A stretch of 64,000 nucleotides of DNA from an uncultured Clostridia bacterium (GTDB lineage: Bacteria > Bacillota > Clostridia > Christensenellales > UBA1242). Below are positions 47,604-57,104 of this stretch, one piece after another (the first letter of the stretch is position 1; every line of letters starts with the position of its first letter). A model generated the notes under the pieces. The model saw only the letters and a list, made by a program, of their open reading frames with translations. It was not told where the DNA came from and ran no database searches. The position numbers and the translations under genes are program-made. The stretch covers positions 82,269 through 146,268 of the forward strand of contig CAKVID010000001.1 in the NCBI GenBank assembly GCA_934754355.1, read 5' to 3'.

Positions 47604-48833
47604 ATGAATGGATTTAATTTGGAATATATACAAAAATTAAGAATTCACGAATTAAGAGATTTTGCTAGACAGGTAGGTGTTTCGTCTCCTACTACTATGA
47701 AGAAAGAAGATTTGATTAATAAAATTCAAGAATTAATTGGCGAAGATAAGTCTGAAACAGGTGAGCAATTAAGCAATCAGGCTCCTATAGATTTTTTCAA
47801 ACTGCTTACATCTCCTAATTCAAATATTATTAATGAATTGGTGGCTAAATCGACTAAGAAGATTAAAAATGACGATGAAGATAAGTATGGAAACACTTTG
47901 GTGTATAAGAAGAGCAGTGTAACTAATCCTAATACTCCATATGCAACTAATGATTATATTAGTTTCAATTTACAATTAAGTCAGAACGATACACCATTTG
48001 GTAATGATGTTAGTGAGATTGAAGGCTATCTAGATATTCACCCTAATGGTTATGGAATTGTAAGATACAATGGCTTTGTGCCGGATAGTAGAGACGCTTA
48101 TCTTACTCTAGCACTTATTAGAAAATATAATCTAAAGAAAGGCGATTTTGTTAGAGGTAAGGTCAAATATATTTTGGAGAACAAACCAAAAATTATGTTT
48201 GATATTATATCCATTGATGGCAATGCTGATGACAAAAATTTTGTAAGTTTTGATGATACTCCTTATGTTAAATATGGAGAAGAATATTATTTGGAAAAAT
48301 TTAGAAAATTTCATTTGGCTAAAGGCGAAAGAATTTACATCAAAAATATGTCTATTGAAGATGCTGTTAAGTTCGGCTTTGATATAGTTGACGAAAATGG
48401 TGTAAATGTCAAATTAATTAATTTGAAAGCGTTGCCAGAAGAAAGTTATAAATCTCATCAAAAAATGCAAGTAATTAATTGTCAATTTAATAAGACCGAG
48501 AAAGAAGCGGTTGAAGCAGTTGAATTAGTTGTAGAGAGAGCAAAGAGAGAATTTGAAAGCAGTAAACCTAATGTTGTAATTATTTATAACTTTAGCGAAC
48601 TTATTAGAATGTACAATGCTGCTGTTGAAGGTTTCTATACTTATGATAAATTTAATGCCAAAGCAATTAATCAATTAAGTAATATTATGTGTTCTGCAAA
48701 ATTCTATGATAATAAGAAAAATATATCTTTAATCTGCATTGATAAAAATGACGCAGGAGAAGATGTTAAAACTCTTATAAATTCGGAATTTATGCCACTA
48801 TTCAATAAAAAATATGATATGAATGAATTATAA
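47604..48833 (+). CDS. Rho-like protein: Rho_N plus insertion plus Rho RNA-binding domain plus degenerate (P-loop-less) RecA-type domain
   Basis: 409 aa. LRIHELRDFARQVGVSSPTTMKKEDLINKI is Rho_N-like. GYLDIHPNGYGIVRY...AYLTLALIRKYNLKKGDFVRGKV parallels the Rho CSD. VVIIYNFSELIRMYN parallels [16 protein letters not shown]. There is no GxxxxGK[ST] anywhere. Confidence 0.75.
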   Translation: MNGFNLEYIQKLRIHELRDFARQVGVSSPTTMKKEDLINKIQELIGEDKSETGEQLSNQAPIDFFKLLTSPNSNIINELVAKSTKKIKNDDEDKYGNTLVYKKSSVTNPNTPYATNDYISFNLQLSQNDTPFGNDVSEIEGYLDIHPNGYGIVRYNGFVPDSRDAYLTLALIRKYNLKKGDFVRGKVKYILENKPKIMFDIISIDGNADDKNFVSFDDTPYVKYGEEYYLEKFRKFHLAKGERIYIKNMSIEDAVKFGFDIVDENGVNVKLINLKALPEESYKSHQKMQVINCQFNKTEKEAVEAVELVVERAKREFESSKPNVVIIYNFSELIRMYNAAVEGFYTYDKFNAKAINQLSNIMCSAKFYDNKKNISLICIDKNDAGEDVKTLINSEFMPLFNKKYDMNEL

Positions 48834-48861
48834 AAAAATGACCTTAATGGTCATTTTTTTA
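48832..48861. terminator. Bidirectional terminator between the Rho-like gene and mazG-like gene
   Basis: A6, stem atgacc / ggtcat, then T7. Confidence 0.75.
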
Positions 48862-48879
48862 AGGTTTGACTATTTTTAT

Positions 48880-49191
48880 TTATCTTCCGCTTCCTAGATT
48901 TCCGTTACTATTAATTCTATTTTGATATTTAGTTAGTACTTTATCTAATGCGTCATTTGCGTCAATATTCATTTCATTAGCAAGACTGAGTAAGGAGTAA
49001 AGAACATCGCCAAATTCTAATGTGAAGTCTTCGGTTAATTCTATTTGTTGTGCGCCGTATTTTGTTGCTTTCAGATATTCTTTGCCTAGTTCTCCTAATT
49101 CACTAATAATATCTAGCAATCTAGCAGAGCAGGGCATTGGGGTTTTATCGCAAGGCATACTTTCATTAAAGATTTTAACTTTATTTTGCAT
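48880..49191 (-). CDS. MazG-like nucleotide pyrophosphohydrolase (small, single domain)
   Basis: About 103 aa with an EExxE/D-type helix pair (ISELGELGKEYLK; EFGDVLYSLLSLANEMNID). Start at the ATG 7 nt after GGAGA; the TTG of the track ORF is too close to the RBS. Confidence 0.7.
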   Translation of the reverse strand: MQNKVKIFNESMPCDKTPMPCSARLLDIISELGELGKEYLKATKYGAQQIELTEDFTLEFGDVLYSLLSLANEMNIDANDALDKVLTKYQNRINSNGNLGSGR

Positions 49192-49410
49192 TTGCAATTC
49201 TCCTTTAAATTTAATATTTTTATTTTAACATATCAATAAGGTTATTCAAAATGAATATTTATCTAATATTTGAAATGTTTGTGAGTATAAGTTATTTTAT
49301 TGAGATAGAAAATTATAAGAAATTTATATATTTTATATTAAACATACACAAATTACAAGATTATGTGTTATAATTAAACATAACTAAACTCAACTTGATT
49401 TGAGTAAATT

Positions 49411-49533
49411 ATGCTAAATGATGCAAAAGAAATTTTTGGAGAGGCATATCTTTTCAAAGACGGTCAGTTGATACAAATTTGTAAAAATAATCAAAAAATT
49501 GATTTGGATAATGTAAAAGCCCAAACTTTATAG
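49411..49533 (+). CDS. Possible small ORF (40 aa)
   Basis: MLNDAKEIFGEAYLFKDGQLIQICKNNQKIDLDNVKAQTL. The stop overlaps hairpin aaagccca / tgggcttt. There is no convincing RBS. Confidence 0.2.
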   Translation: MLNDAKEIFGEAYLFKDGQLIQICKNNQKIDLDNVKAQTL

Positions 49534-49577
49534 TATGGGCTTTTAAGATAAAAAAAAGAGCATAAATGCTCTTTTTT

Positions 49578-49664
49578 TGGTGCTGGTGACCAGACTTGAA
49601 CTGGTACGGTTGTTACACCGCAGGATTTTAAGTCCTGTGCGTCTGCCGATTCCGCCACACCAGC
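49578..49664 (-). tRNA. tRNA-Leu (anticodon TAA), class II, CCA encoded
   Basis: 87 nt on the minus strand. Acceptor gctggtg/caccagc, anticodon loop cTTAAAa, T-arm cagttcaagtctg. Terminator hairpin lies at about 49548-49577. Confidence 0.9.
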
Positions 49665-49697
49665 ATGTTATATTGTCTGAATATGATAATAAAATAT

Positions 49698-49772
49698 TGG
49701 AGGCACCTCTCAGATTCGAACTGAGGCATGAGGGTTTTGCAGACCCGTGCCTTACCACTTGGCTAAGGTGCC
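49698..49772 (-). tRNA. tRNA-Cys (anticodon GCA), CCA encoded
   Basis: 75 nt on the minus strand. Acceptor ggcacct/aggtgcc, anticodon loop cTGCAAa, T-arm tcagttcgaatctga. Confidence 0.9.
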
Positions 49773-49990
49773 ATCAAATTCAGACAATGTTATTTTACCA
49801 TACAAGTCCAATTTAGTAAAGTGTTTCAGTAAAAATTTTTTGCTAATTAATAAAAAAAATTATTTATTACATAATGTTATTACTTTAATATATATGATAA
49901 TCGTAGGTATTTTGTTGAATGTTTTGTCTTTATTTGCTAATAACTATTTTTTTTGATATAATTTAGAAAATAAAAATTTAAGGTGAATTT

Positions 49991-50476
49991 ATGGACGAAA
50001 GAAAAGATTATTTAACATGGGACGAATACTTTATGGCTATTGCAATGTTATCTGCCAAGAGAAGTAAAGACCCTAATACACAAGTTGGTGCTTGTATTGT
50101 ATCTAATGATAATAGAATTTTGTGTTGTGGATATAATGGTGCTCCTAATGGCTTTGAAGATGAGGTCTTTCCATGGAAAAGAGAGGGAAATCCGCTAAAT
50201 ACTAAATACATGTATGTTTGTCATGCTGAATTAAATGCTATACTTAATTTTAGAGGCTCTAGAAAAGACTTAGAAGGCTCTAAACTTTATGTTGATTTAT
50301 TTCCTTGCAATGAATGTGCCAAAGCAATTATACAATCGGGGATTAAAGAAGTTATATACAAGTCAGATAAATATAATGGAACAGAAAGCAATATTGCGTC
50401 TAAGAAATTATTTGACGAATGTGGTGTAAAATATACCAAGTTTAAAAGTGATAAAAATATTAATTTCGATTTGTAA
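49991..50476 (+). CDS. comEB: Deoxycytidylate (dCMP) deaminase, ComEB family
   Basis: 161 aa with zinc motifs CHAELNAI and PCNECAKAI. Confidence 0.88.
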   Translation: MDERKDYLTWDEYFMAIAMLSAKRSKDPNTQVGACIVSNDNRILCCGYNGAPNGFEDEVFPWKREGNPLNTKYMYVCHAELNAILNFRGSRKDLEGSKLYVDLFPCNECAKAIIQSGIKEVIYKSDKYNGTESNIASKKLFDECGVKYTKFKSDKNINFDL

Positions 50477-50589
50477 TATTCAATTTTGATTATAAATATA
50501 CAAAAAGACTTATATCTATGCATAATTATTTTATGATAAGATATAAGTCTTTTTTTGTCTTTTCATTTAAAAAATTAATATATTTTGCA

Positions 50590-51516
50590 TTATTTACTAG
50601 AAGTTAAGTGAATAGGAATGTAGTCAAGAGTATCGTTTAAGATAAATTGACCTACATCTTTATACACTTCTTCTTTGTTTGTTTCATTTAGAAGTTCGTG
50701 GCGAGCATTTGCGTATGTTTTCAGAAATACTTTCTTTTTTGCTTTGCCATAAGTAAAGAATAATTTTGCTATTCCATTTTTGCCGCTAACTGGGTCATTA
50801 GTTCCTGCTATCAAAAAGATAGGTAGGTAGTATGGGATATTGTTTAAATTTTTGTAATTATTGCGTGCATTTTTGAAAAATGACCAATAGAAATTGGTAG
50901 GGAATACTTTGCCACAAAGTTCGTCTGAGGTATATCTCTCCCAATTCTTCTCATCTCTTGATAGCCAATTGCCATTTTTGAATTTCTTGCCATATCCCGC
51001 TACAGACATTTTCTCAATTAATTTGGCATCGGCTTTCTTGCCTTTGAAAAATCTACAAATCTTGGCAACATGATATCCTGCTCTGAATTGGAACGAATTA
51101 GTGTATGTAGACCCACAAATTACGATGTTTTTGATTTTAAAGCCGTTCTCAACCATATATCTTTGGGCTATCATCGAACCAAAAGAATGTCCAAATATAG
51201 AAATTGGCAAGCCAAATTTATTTTGCAAAAATTCTGTTATTTTAATTTGGTCTTGAACTATCTCCATAAATATATCGCCATCTGAATATCCGAAAGGAAG
51301 ATTGTTAATTATTGCAGTTTGTCCATGACCTCTTAGGTCGCTAGCAAATACTATAAGTCCAATTGAATTTAGATATTTGGCAAAGTCATCATATCTTTTG
51401 GCATGTTCTTGCATTCCATGAATGATTTGCACTACGCCTTTGGGATTTTCTACATTATCCCATAAATATCCTGCTAATTCAAAGTTGTTGTAACCTTTCA
51501 CTTTTATATTTTTCAT
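50590..51516 (-). CDS. Alpha/beta hydrolase (lysophospholipase / monoacylglycerol lipase-like)
   Basis: 308 aa with the nucleophile elbow GHSFGS and HG oxyanion motif IIHGMQEH. Its start codon overlaps the end of the upstream glpK by 4 nt. Confidence 0.75.
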   Translation of the reverse strand: MKNIKVKGYNNFELAGYLWDNVENPKGVVQIIHGMQEHAKRYDDFAKYLNSIGLIVFASDLRGHGQTAIINNLPFGYSDGDIFMEIVQDQIKITEFLQNKFGLPISIFGHSFGSMIAQRYMVENGFKIKNIVICGSTYTNSFQFRAGYHVAKICRFFKGKKADAKLIEKMSVAGYGKKFKNGNWLSRDEKNWERYTSDELCGKVFPTNFYWSFFKNARNNYKNLNNIPYYLPIFLIAGTNDPVSGKNGIAKLFFTYGKAKKKVFLKTYANARHELLNETNKEEVYKDVGQFILNDTLDYIPIHLTSSK

Positions 51517-52994
51517 TTAGTTTCTCCTAAAGTTTGTTTAACTGCTTTATGCCAATTATTTATTAATTCATGTCTAACATTATGGTTCATTTTGCTTGTG
51601 TATATATGGCTAGGCTCAATCAATTTTTTGATATCTGATAAACTTTTGAAATATCCTAGAGATAGGGCAGTCATATATATTGTTCCTAATACTGTACACT
51701 CTGAAGAATTTGATTTGATAACTTTCTTTGCTAGAATATCTGATTGGAATTGCATTAAGAATTCATTTCTACTTACTCCGCCATCTACTCTTAATTCTTT
51801 GATTTTAGTACTTTCTTCATTTTGCATACACTCTATTATGTCGTATGTATTATATGCCATACTTTCTAGACCGGCTCTAATGATATGATTTTTATTAGTT
51901 CCTCTAGTAAGTCCAACAATTGCACCTTTGGCATTGCTATTCCAGTAAGGTGCTCCCATGCCAGTGAAAGCAGGGACAAAGTACACACCATCGGTATCAG
52001 ATAAATTATTGCTTATTTCACTAGATACTTTGTTACTCTCTAATATTTGCAAATCGTCAATTAACCAATTAACAACAGTGCCTGCATTGAATATACTTCC
52101 TTCTAGTGCATAAGTAGTTTTGTCATTAATAGTCCAAGCAATTGTTGTAAGCATTTTCTTATTGTGTATAGGGGTATCTCCAGTATTACTAAGAATGAAT
52201 GCTCCTGTGCCATATGTTGCTTTTGCTAAGCCTTTATCAAAACAGCCTTGCCCAAATAGTGAAGATTGTTGGTCGCCAAGTATAGAGCCAATTGGAATGT
52301 CTCCGAGTTTGGTGTGGGCTTTGCCTAATTCTTTGCCGTTAGATACAACTTCTGGGAGTATCTTACTTGGAATTCCAAATTTCTTTAGTAATTTATCGTC
52401 CCACTTTAAAGTATTGATATTAAGTAGCATTGTTCTACTAGCATTGCTTGTATCTGTTATAAATTTCTCGCCATTAGTTAATTTGTAAGTAATGTAACTA
52501 TCTATAGTTCCAACGCATAGATTGTCTTCTTCTAATAATTTTTTAACTTTTGCATTATTTTCCAATAGCCATTTAATTTTGGAAGCAGAGAAATATGCAT
52601 CTACAATTAAACCGGTTGTTTTCTTTATATATTTTTTTAAACCAGTATTCAAAGAAGCACAATAAGCACTAGTTCTTCTGCATTGCCAAACAATAGATGG
52701 ATATACACTTTCTCCAGTCTTTTTATTCCATGCCACAACACTTTCTCTTTGGTTTGTTATGCCAATTCCTATAATGTCCTCATATTTAATTTTGGCATCT
52801 TTGATGGCTGTATACATAGTTTTTTGCAAAACTTCCCAAATTTCTCCAGCATCATGTTCTACCCAGCCCGGCTTAGGAAAGTATTGTTTGAATTTCTCAT
52901 TAACTATATTAATTATCTTATTTTCCTTAATATCATATATAAGTGTTCTAGCACTGGTCGTTCCTTCGTCAAGTCCTATAATGTATCTCTTCAT
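51513..52994 (-). CDS. glpK: Glycerol kinase
   Basis: 493 aa with FGGY kinase motifs (GLDEGTTSAR, GITNQRES, YGTGAF, VDGG). Confidence 0.95.
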   Translation of the reverse strand: MKRYIIGLDEGTTSARTLIYDIKENKIINIVNEKFKQYFPKPGWVEHDAGEIWEVLQKTMYTAIKDAKIKYEDIIGIGITNQRESVVAWNKKTGESVYPSIVWQCRRTSAYCASLNTGLKKYIKKTTGLIVDAYFSASKIKWLLENNAKVKKLLEEDNLCVGTIDSYITYKLTNGEKFITDTSNASRTMLLNINTLKWDDKLLKKFGIPSKILPEVVSNGKELGKAHTKLGDIPIGSILGDQQSSLFGQGCFDKGLAKATYGTGAFILSNTGDTPIHNKKMLTTIAWTINDKTTYALEGSIFNAGTVVNWLIDDLQILESNKVSSEISNNLSDTDGVYFVPAFTGMGAPYWNSNAKGAIVGLTRGTNKNHIIRAGLESMAYNTYDIIECMQNEESTKIKELRVDGGVSRNEFLMQFQSDILAKKVIKSNSSECTVLGTIYMTALSLGYFKSLSDIKKLIEPSHIYTSKMNHNVRHELINNWHKAVKQTLGETK

Positions 52995-53214
52995 ATTTAT
53001 CTCCTTGTGTAATTTTAAAGTATTAGCAATGTATTTATCTTTTAATTTAATTTTAGCATTTGTTTATAAATTAAGCAATTTAATTAATAATATTTGACAT
53101 AATATATATAATTATGTAACATTAAATGAGATAATAATAGTTGATTATTTATATATAAATTAATACAAATTAAAATATAAATGAGTATTCAATTATTTAT
53201 GGGAGAATGAAATT

Positions 53215-54618
53215 ATGGTGTATGATGTGGCGGTTCTTGGCGGTGGAGTTATTGGTTGTGCTATAGCAAATAAACTTACTAGACTTAATCAGAAAGTAGT
53301 GTTAATAGAGAAGAATAGCGATGTTGCTACAGAGACAAGCAAGGCAAATAGTGGTATAATTCATGCTGGCTTTGATGCAATGCCTAATTCAAAGAAAGCA
53401 ATACTTAATGTTCGTGGTGCTAAACTTATGCCTAAACTTTGCAAGGAATTAAGTGTGGACCTGAATATTAATGGAGCGCTTGTAATTGGTAATGACATTA
53501 GTAAAGTACAAGAATTATATAATCGTGGAATAGAAAATGGTGTAGAAGGATTGCAAATTCTAGATAGAAGTAAATTAATTGAGATTTTGCCAGACATTAC
53601 AGATAATATTACTTGCGGGTTATTGGCTAGTACTTCTGCCATAATATCTCCGTATAAATTGACTATAGCATTGGCAGAGGAAGCAGTGCTTAATGGTGCA
53701 AGTGTTGTATTTAATTACAATACTACATCATTCAAAAAGGTAGATGATTACTATATCTTAAGCAATGGTGCAGAAGAAATAATGGCAAAGAAAATTGTAC
53801 TTGCTTGTGGTGGCGAACACAATAGCATTGCTAGAATTTTGGGTTCTAAACTTTATGATATTAAATATAGAAGGGGCGAGTATTTCTTATTAGATAGAAA
53901 TTCAATGAATTTGAAGTATACAATTTTCCCTCTTCCAACCAAAGATAGCAAAGGAATTCTAGTGTCTCCAACTATTCATAATAATATTATTGTAGGTCCT
54001 ACTAGTATACTTGCCGAAGATAATAGTACTGTAATTACAGATATTGGGCTTAAAGAGATTACAGATAAAGCAAATCAAATGTTAAGTGATGTAAATCTAA
54101 GGAAAACAATTAGAGTATTCTCGGGTGTTAGAACTCTTGTTGGACATGATTTTGTAATAGAGATAGATGAAAATAATAAAGATATTATTAATGTAACTGG
54201 TATATGTTCTCCGGGACTTACTGCTAGTCCTGCTATTGCTGAAGAAGTGGCTAAATTACTTAATCTTGATATCTCTCGAGAAAAGCAAATGATAAGAAGA
54301 AAAGAGTGTAAGAAAATATCTGAACTAAGTTCAGAAGAACTTAATAAATTAATTAAGCAAGACGAGAATTATGGCAAGATTGTATGTAGATGCGAAATGA
54401 TAAGCATGGCAGAGATAATAGACGCTGTTAATTCGCCATTGAAACCAATTTCTCTAGATGGCATTAAGAGAAGAACAAGAGCAGGAATGGGAAGATGTCA
54501 AGGTGGTTTCTGCTTTATGAAAGTAATGGAAATAATTGCAAAAGAAAGAAATATTAGCATTGACGAAGTGACCAAAGAAAATATGAGTAGTAGAATAATA
54601 GTGGGGAATATTAAATAA
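53215..54618 (+). CDS. FAD-dependent glycerol-3-phosphate dehydrogenase/oxidase-like protein with BFD-like [2Fe-2S] domain
   Basis: 467 aa with a dinucleotide fold (VAVLGGGVIGCA) and a C-terminal CRCE...GMGRCQGGFC. First gene of the three-gene set conserved in anaerobes. Confidence 0.8.
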   Translation: MVYDVAVLGGGVIGCAIANKLTRLNQKVVLIEKNSDVATETSKANSGIIHAGFDAMPNSKKAILNVRGAKLMPKLCKELSVDLNINGALVIGNDISKVQELYNRGIENGVEGLQILDRSKLIEILPDITDNITCGLLASTSAIISPYKLTIALAEEAVLNGASVVFNYNTTSFKKVDDYYILSNGAEEIMAKKIVLACGGEHNSIARILGSKLYDIKYRRGEYFLLDRNSMNLKYTIFPLPTKDSKGILVSPTIHNNIIVGPTSILAEDNSTVITDIGLKEITDKANQMLSDVNLRKTIRVFSGVRTLVGHDFVIEIDENNKDIINVTGICSPGLTASPAIAEEVAKLLNLDISREKQMIRRKECKKISELSSEELNKLIKQDENYGKIVCRCEMISMAEIIDAVNSPLKPISLDGIKRRTRAGMGRCQGGFCFMKVMEIIAKERNISIDEVTKENMSSRIIVGNIK

Positions 54619-55841
54619 TGACAAAATATGATGTGGTAATTATTGGTGGTGGTCCAGCGGGAATGGGTGCAGGCATAGAATGTTCCAAAACTGGTGCAAA
54701 AACACTTATTATTGAAAGAGATAATAGATTAGGTGGAATTCTTAATCAATGTATTCATAATGGATTTGGACTTCATTATTTCAAAGAAGAATTGACAGGC
54801 CCTGAGTATGCAAGTAGATTTGAAAAACTACTAAGCGATACAAATGTTGATGTAATGCTTAATACTTTCGTTACTAAGATTGATGGTAAGAAAATCTATA
54901 TTGTTAGTCCTAATGGTGCTGAAATTATAGAACCAAAGGCAATAGTTCTGGCAATGGGGTGTAGAGAAAAGACGGCGGGAAGTATTAGGCTTAAAGGTAC
55001 AAGACCAGCGGGGATAATGACTGCGGGACAAGTACAGAAATTAGTTAATTTTCATGGTAAACTACCGGGTAAAAAAGTTGTTATATTGGGTAGTGGGGAT
55101 ATTGGTCTTATAATGGCTAGAAGGCTTACACTTGCTGGGGCTAAAGTTGAAATGGTACTAGAATTAATGCCAACTTCTAGTGGACTTCCTAGAAATATAC
55201 GACAATGCTTAGATGATTTTGATATTCCAATTCATTATAGTACAACTATTACAGAAGTATTGGGTAAAGATAGAGTAACGGGAATTAATTATGCTAGAGT
55301 GGACGACAAATTGAATGCAATAGAAAGTACTACTAAGTATTTAGAATGTGATTTAATTGTGCTTTCGGTAGGTCTAGCACCAGAGAACGATATTGTATCT
55401 AATTTGGAAATTAATCCTAAAACTGGCGGATTTGTTGTAAATGAATTTAGGGAATGTTCTGAGGGTATATTTGCGTGTGGTAATGTTTTGCAAGTTCATG
55501 ATTTGGTAGATAATGTTACAGTAGAGAGTATTCTTGCTGGTAGAAATGCGGGATTGTATGCACTTGGTAAATTGCAAAGAAATAAAGAACATAGAGTATT
55601 TGCTGGTAATGGTATTCGTTATACAGTGCCTAGTTCATATTTTGAGAATGGAGAGGACTTGGAAGTATTCTTCAGAGTAAATTCTAAGTATAGAAACGCA
55701 AATATCGTAGTTAGTGCTAATGATAAAGATATTTATAGTAAATTTGCAGTTGCGCTTAATCCGGGAGAAATGGCTAGTATTACAATCAAAAAAGATATAT
55801 TATCTGAAGATATTACACTATCTATAAAGGAGAAAGTATGA
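54618..55841 (+). CDS. NAD(P)/FAD-dependent pyridine nucleotide-disulfide oxidoreductase (GlpA-associated subunit)
   Basis: 407 aa with VVIIGGGPAGMGA and a second fold VVILGSGDIGL. Confidence 0.75.
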   Translation: MTKYDVVIIGGGPAGMGAGIECSKTGAKTLIIERDNRLGGILNQCIHNGFGLHYFKEELTGPEYASRFEKLLSDTNVDVMLNTFVTKIDGKKIYIVSPNGAEIIEPKAIVLAMGCREKTAGSIRLKGTRPAGIMTAGQVQKLVNFHGKLPGKKVVILGSGDIGLIMARRLTLAGAKVEMVLELMPTSSGLPRNIRQCLDDFDIPIHYSTTITEVLGKDRVTGINYARVDDKLNAIESTTKYLECDLIVLSVGLAPENDIVSNLEINPKTGGFVVNEFRECSEGIFACGNVLQVHDLVDNVTVESILAGRNAGLYALGKLQRNKEHRVFAGNGIRYTVPSSYFENGEDLEVFFRVNSKYRNANIVVSANDKDIYSKFAVALNPGEMASITIKKDILSEDITLSIKEKV

Positions 55842-56167
55842 AATTAATTTGTATTAAATGTCCTAGAGGTTGTGAAATTACTGTAGATAACGGAAATATT
55901 ACTGGCAATGCTTGTCCTCGTGGTCTAGAATATGCAAAAGAAGAAATGACTTGTCCGATGAGAACTGTTACTTATCTAGCCAAATGTGGAGATGTGGTTG
56001 TGCCAGTCAAAACAGATAAAGATGTGCCAAAGGCTCAAGTATTCGATGTTGTTAATGAAATATCCAAATTACACTTAGATAATGTGCATATTGGAGATGT
56101 TGTTATTGAGAATGTATTGGGAACGGGAGCAAATGTTATTGTAACTGGCGAAAAGTATTCTGAGTGA
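55838..56167 (+). CDS. DUF1667 domain protein (third subunit of the G3P oxidoreductase set)
   Basis: 109 aa starting with a Cys motif (CIKCPRGCEI...GNACPRG). Overlaps the upstream gene by 4 nt. Confidence 0.7.
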   Translation: MKLICIKCPRGCEITVDNGNITGNACPRGLEYAKEEMTCPMRTVTYLAKCGDVVVPVKTDKDVPKAQVFDVVNEISKLHLDNVHIGDVVIENVLGTGANVIVTGEKYSE

Positions 56168-56267
56168 TTAATGTTACTTACTAAAAGACAACAAAATTTT
56201 CAAGTAAATTTTATTAAATAAAAAATATATTAAACTCTTTTGCATATAATAGCATAAAGGGGTTTTT

Positions 56268-56990
56268 ATGTGGGAAATAACTTTGCGTGGCAAACCAAGT
56301 GACATTGTATATTTTTTGGAATTAAAAAATAGTTTGAAAGAAATATTGAATAAAAATGCAATAATTGTAATCACTTTTGAGAAAGATTTGGTTTGTAGTA
56401 TTGCAATAGCAAAAGAAAAACTAACAAGCAAAATTTACAAAAAAATATATGAAACAATACTCAAAATTGTAAAAATTGAGTATATTACAGAAAATATAAA
56501 AGTATTCTCAAACGATAAGAGTTTGAATAGTTATTTCGTATCTAGTATTGTAAATATGGAGATAAGCAACGAAGTTAAATATGCTATGCAAGTAACCAAA
56601 CTAAGTAGAGTGATAAATATAAGACCCTTTGTACTATTCAAATTACATAATTTATATGAAATGTGGCAGAAAGAAGTAGATTATTATAATTTTCACTTTA
56701 ATTGCGACAATGGAGAAAATTACTTAGATTTTCTTAAATTCATCGCACTTAATATTGATACTAAATCTAAAATATTGTATTTAGAAGAAATAAATTCTGA
56801 GATGTGCTTTTTAGATGAGAAACGCAATAAAATGAAAAATTTGAGATTAGATGATGAAGTAGGAATAATTGCAAATTTAGTTATGTATGCTCCCAAAAAG
56901 TTAATAATTAATTGCATCAATTCTCTTAGTGATAAAGTAACAAAGTTGATATCCTATATATTTGAAGATAGGGTAAGCGTATTATTGTAA
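56268..56990 (+). CDS. Hypothetical protein; putative sporulation protein YtxC by position
   Basis: 240-aa ORF immediately upstream of the thrS T-box leader, where ytxC sits in B. subtilis. The call rests on synteny only. Confidence 0.35.
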   Translation: MWEITLRGKPSDIVYFLELKNSLKEILNKNAIIVITFEKDLVCSIAIAKEKLTSKIYKKIYETILKIVKIEYITENIKVFSNDKSLNSYFVSSIVNMEISNEVKYAMQVTKLSRVINIRPFVLFKLHNLYEMWQKEVDYYNFHFNCDNGENYLDFLKFIALNIDTKSKILYLEEINSEMCFLDEKRNKMKNLRLDDEVGIIANLVMYAPKKLIINCINSLSDKVTKLISYIFEDRVSVLL

Positions 56991-57069
56991 CTTAGTATTA
57001 ATATTCATGTATTATAATAATTATACATAAAAAATTTATAATTTTAATCTTGAAATATTGATTTAATAC

Positions 57070-57098
57070 TTGACAAAGTAATTCAATAGTTATACAAT
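57070..57098 (+). promoter_or_regulatory. Sigma-A promoter of the thrS leader
   Basis: TTGACA, 17 nt spacer, TACAAT. Confidence 0.7.
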
Positions 57099-57104
57099 TT
57101 AGGT

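Noticed and set aside
56268-56990. Treating the 240-aa ORF upstream of thrS as a novel protein.
   Set aside because: Its position immediately upstream of the thrS T-box matches ytxC of spore-forming Bacillota. The simpler explanation is a divergent YtxC, though this is unverified.
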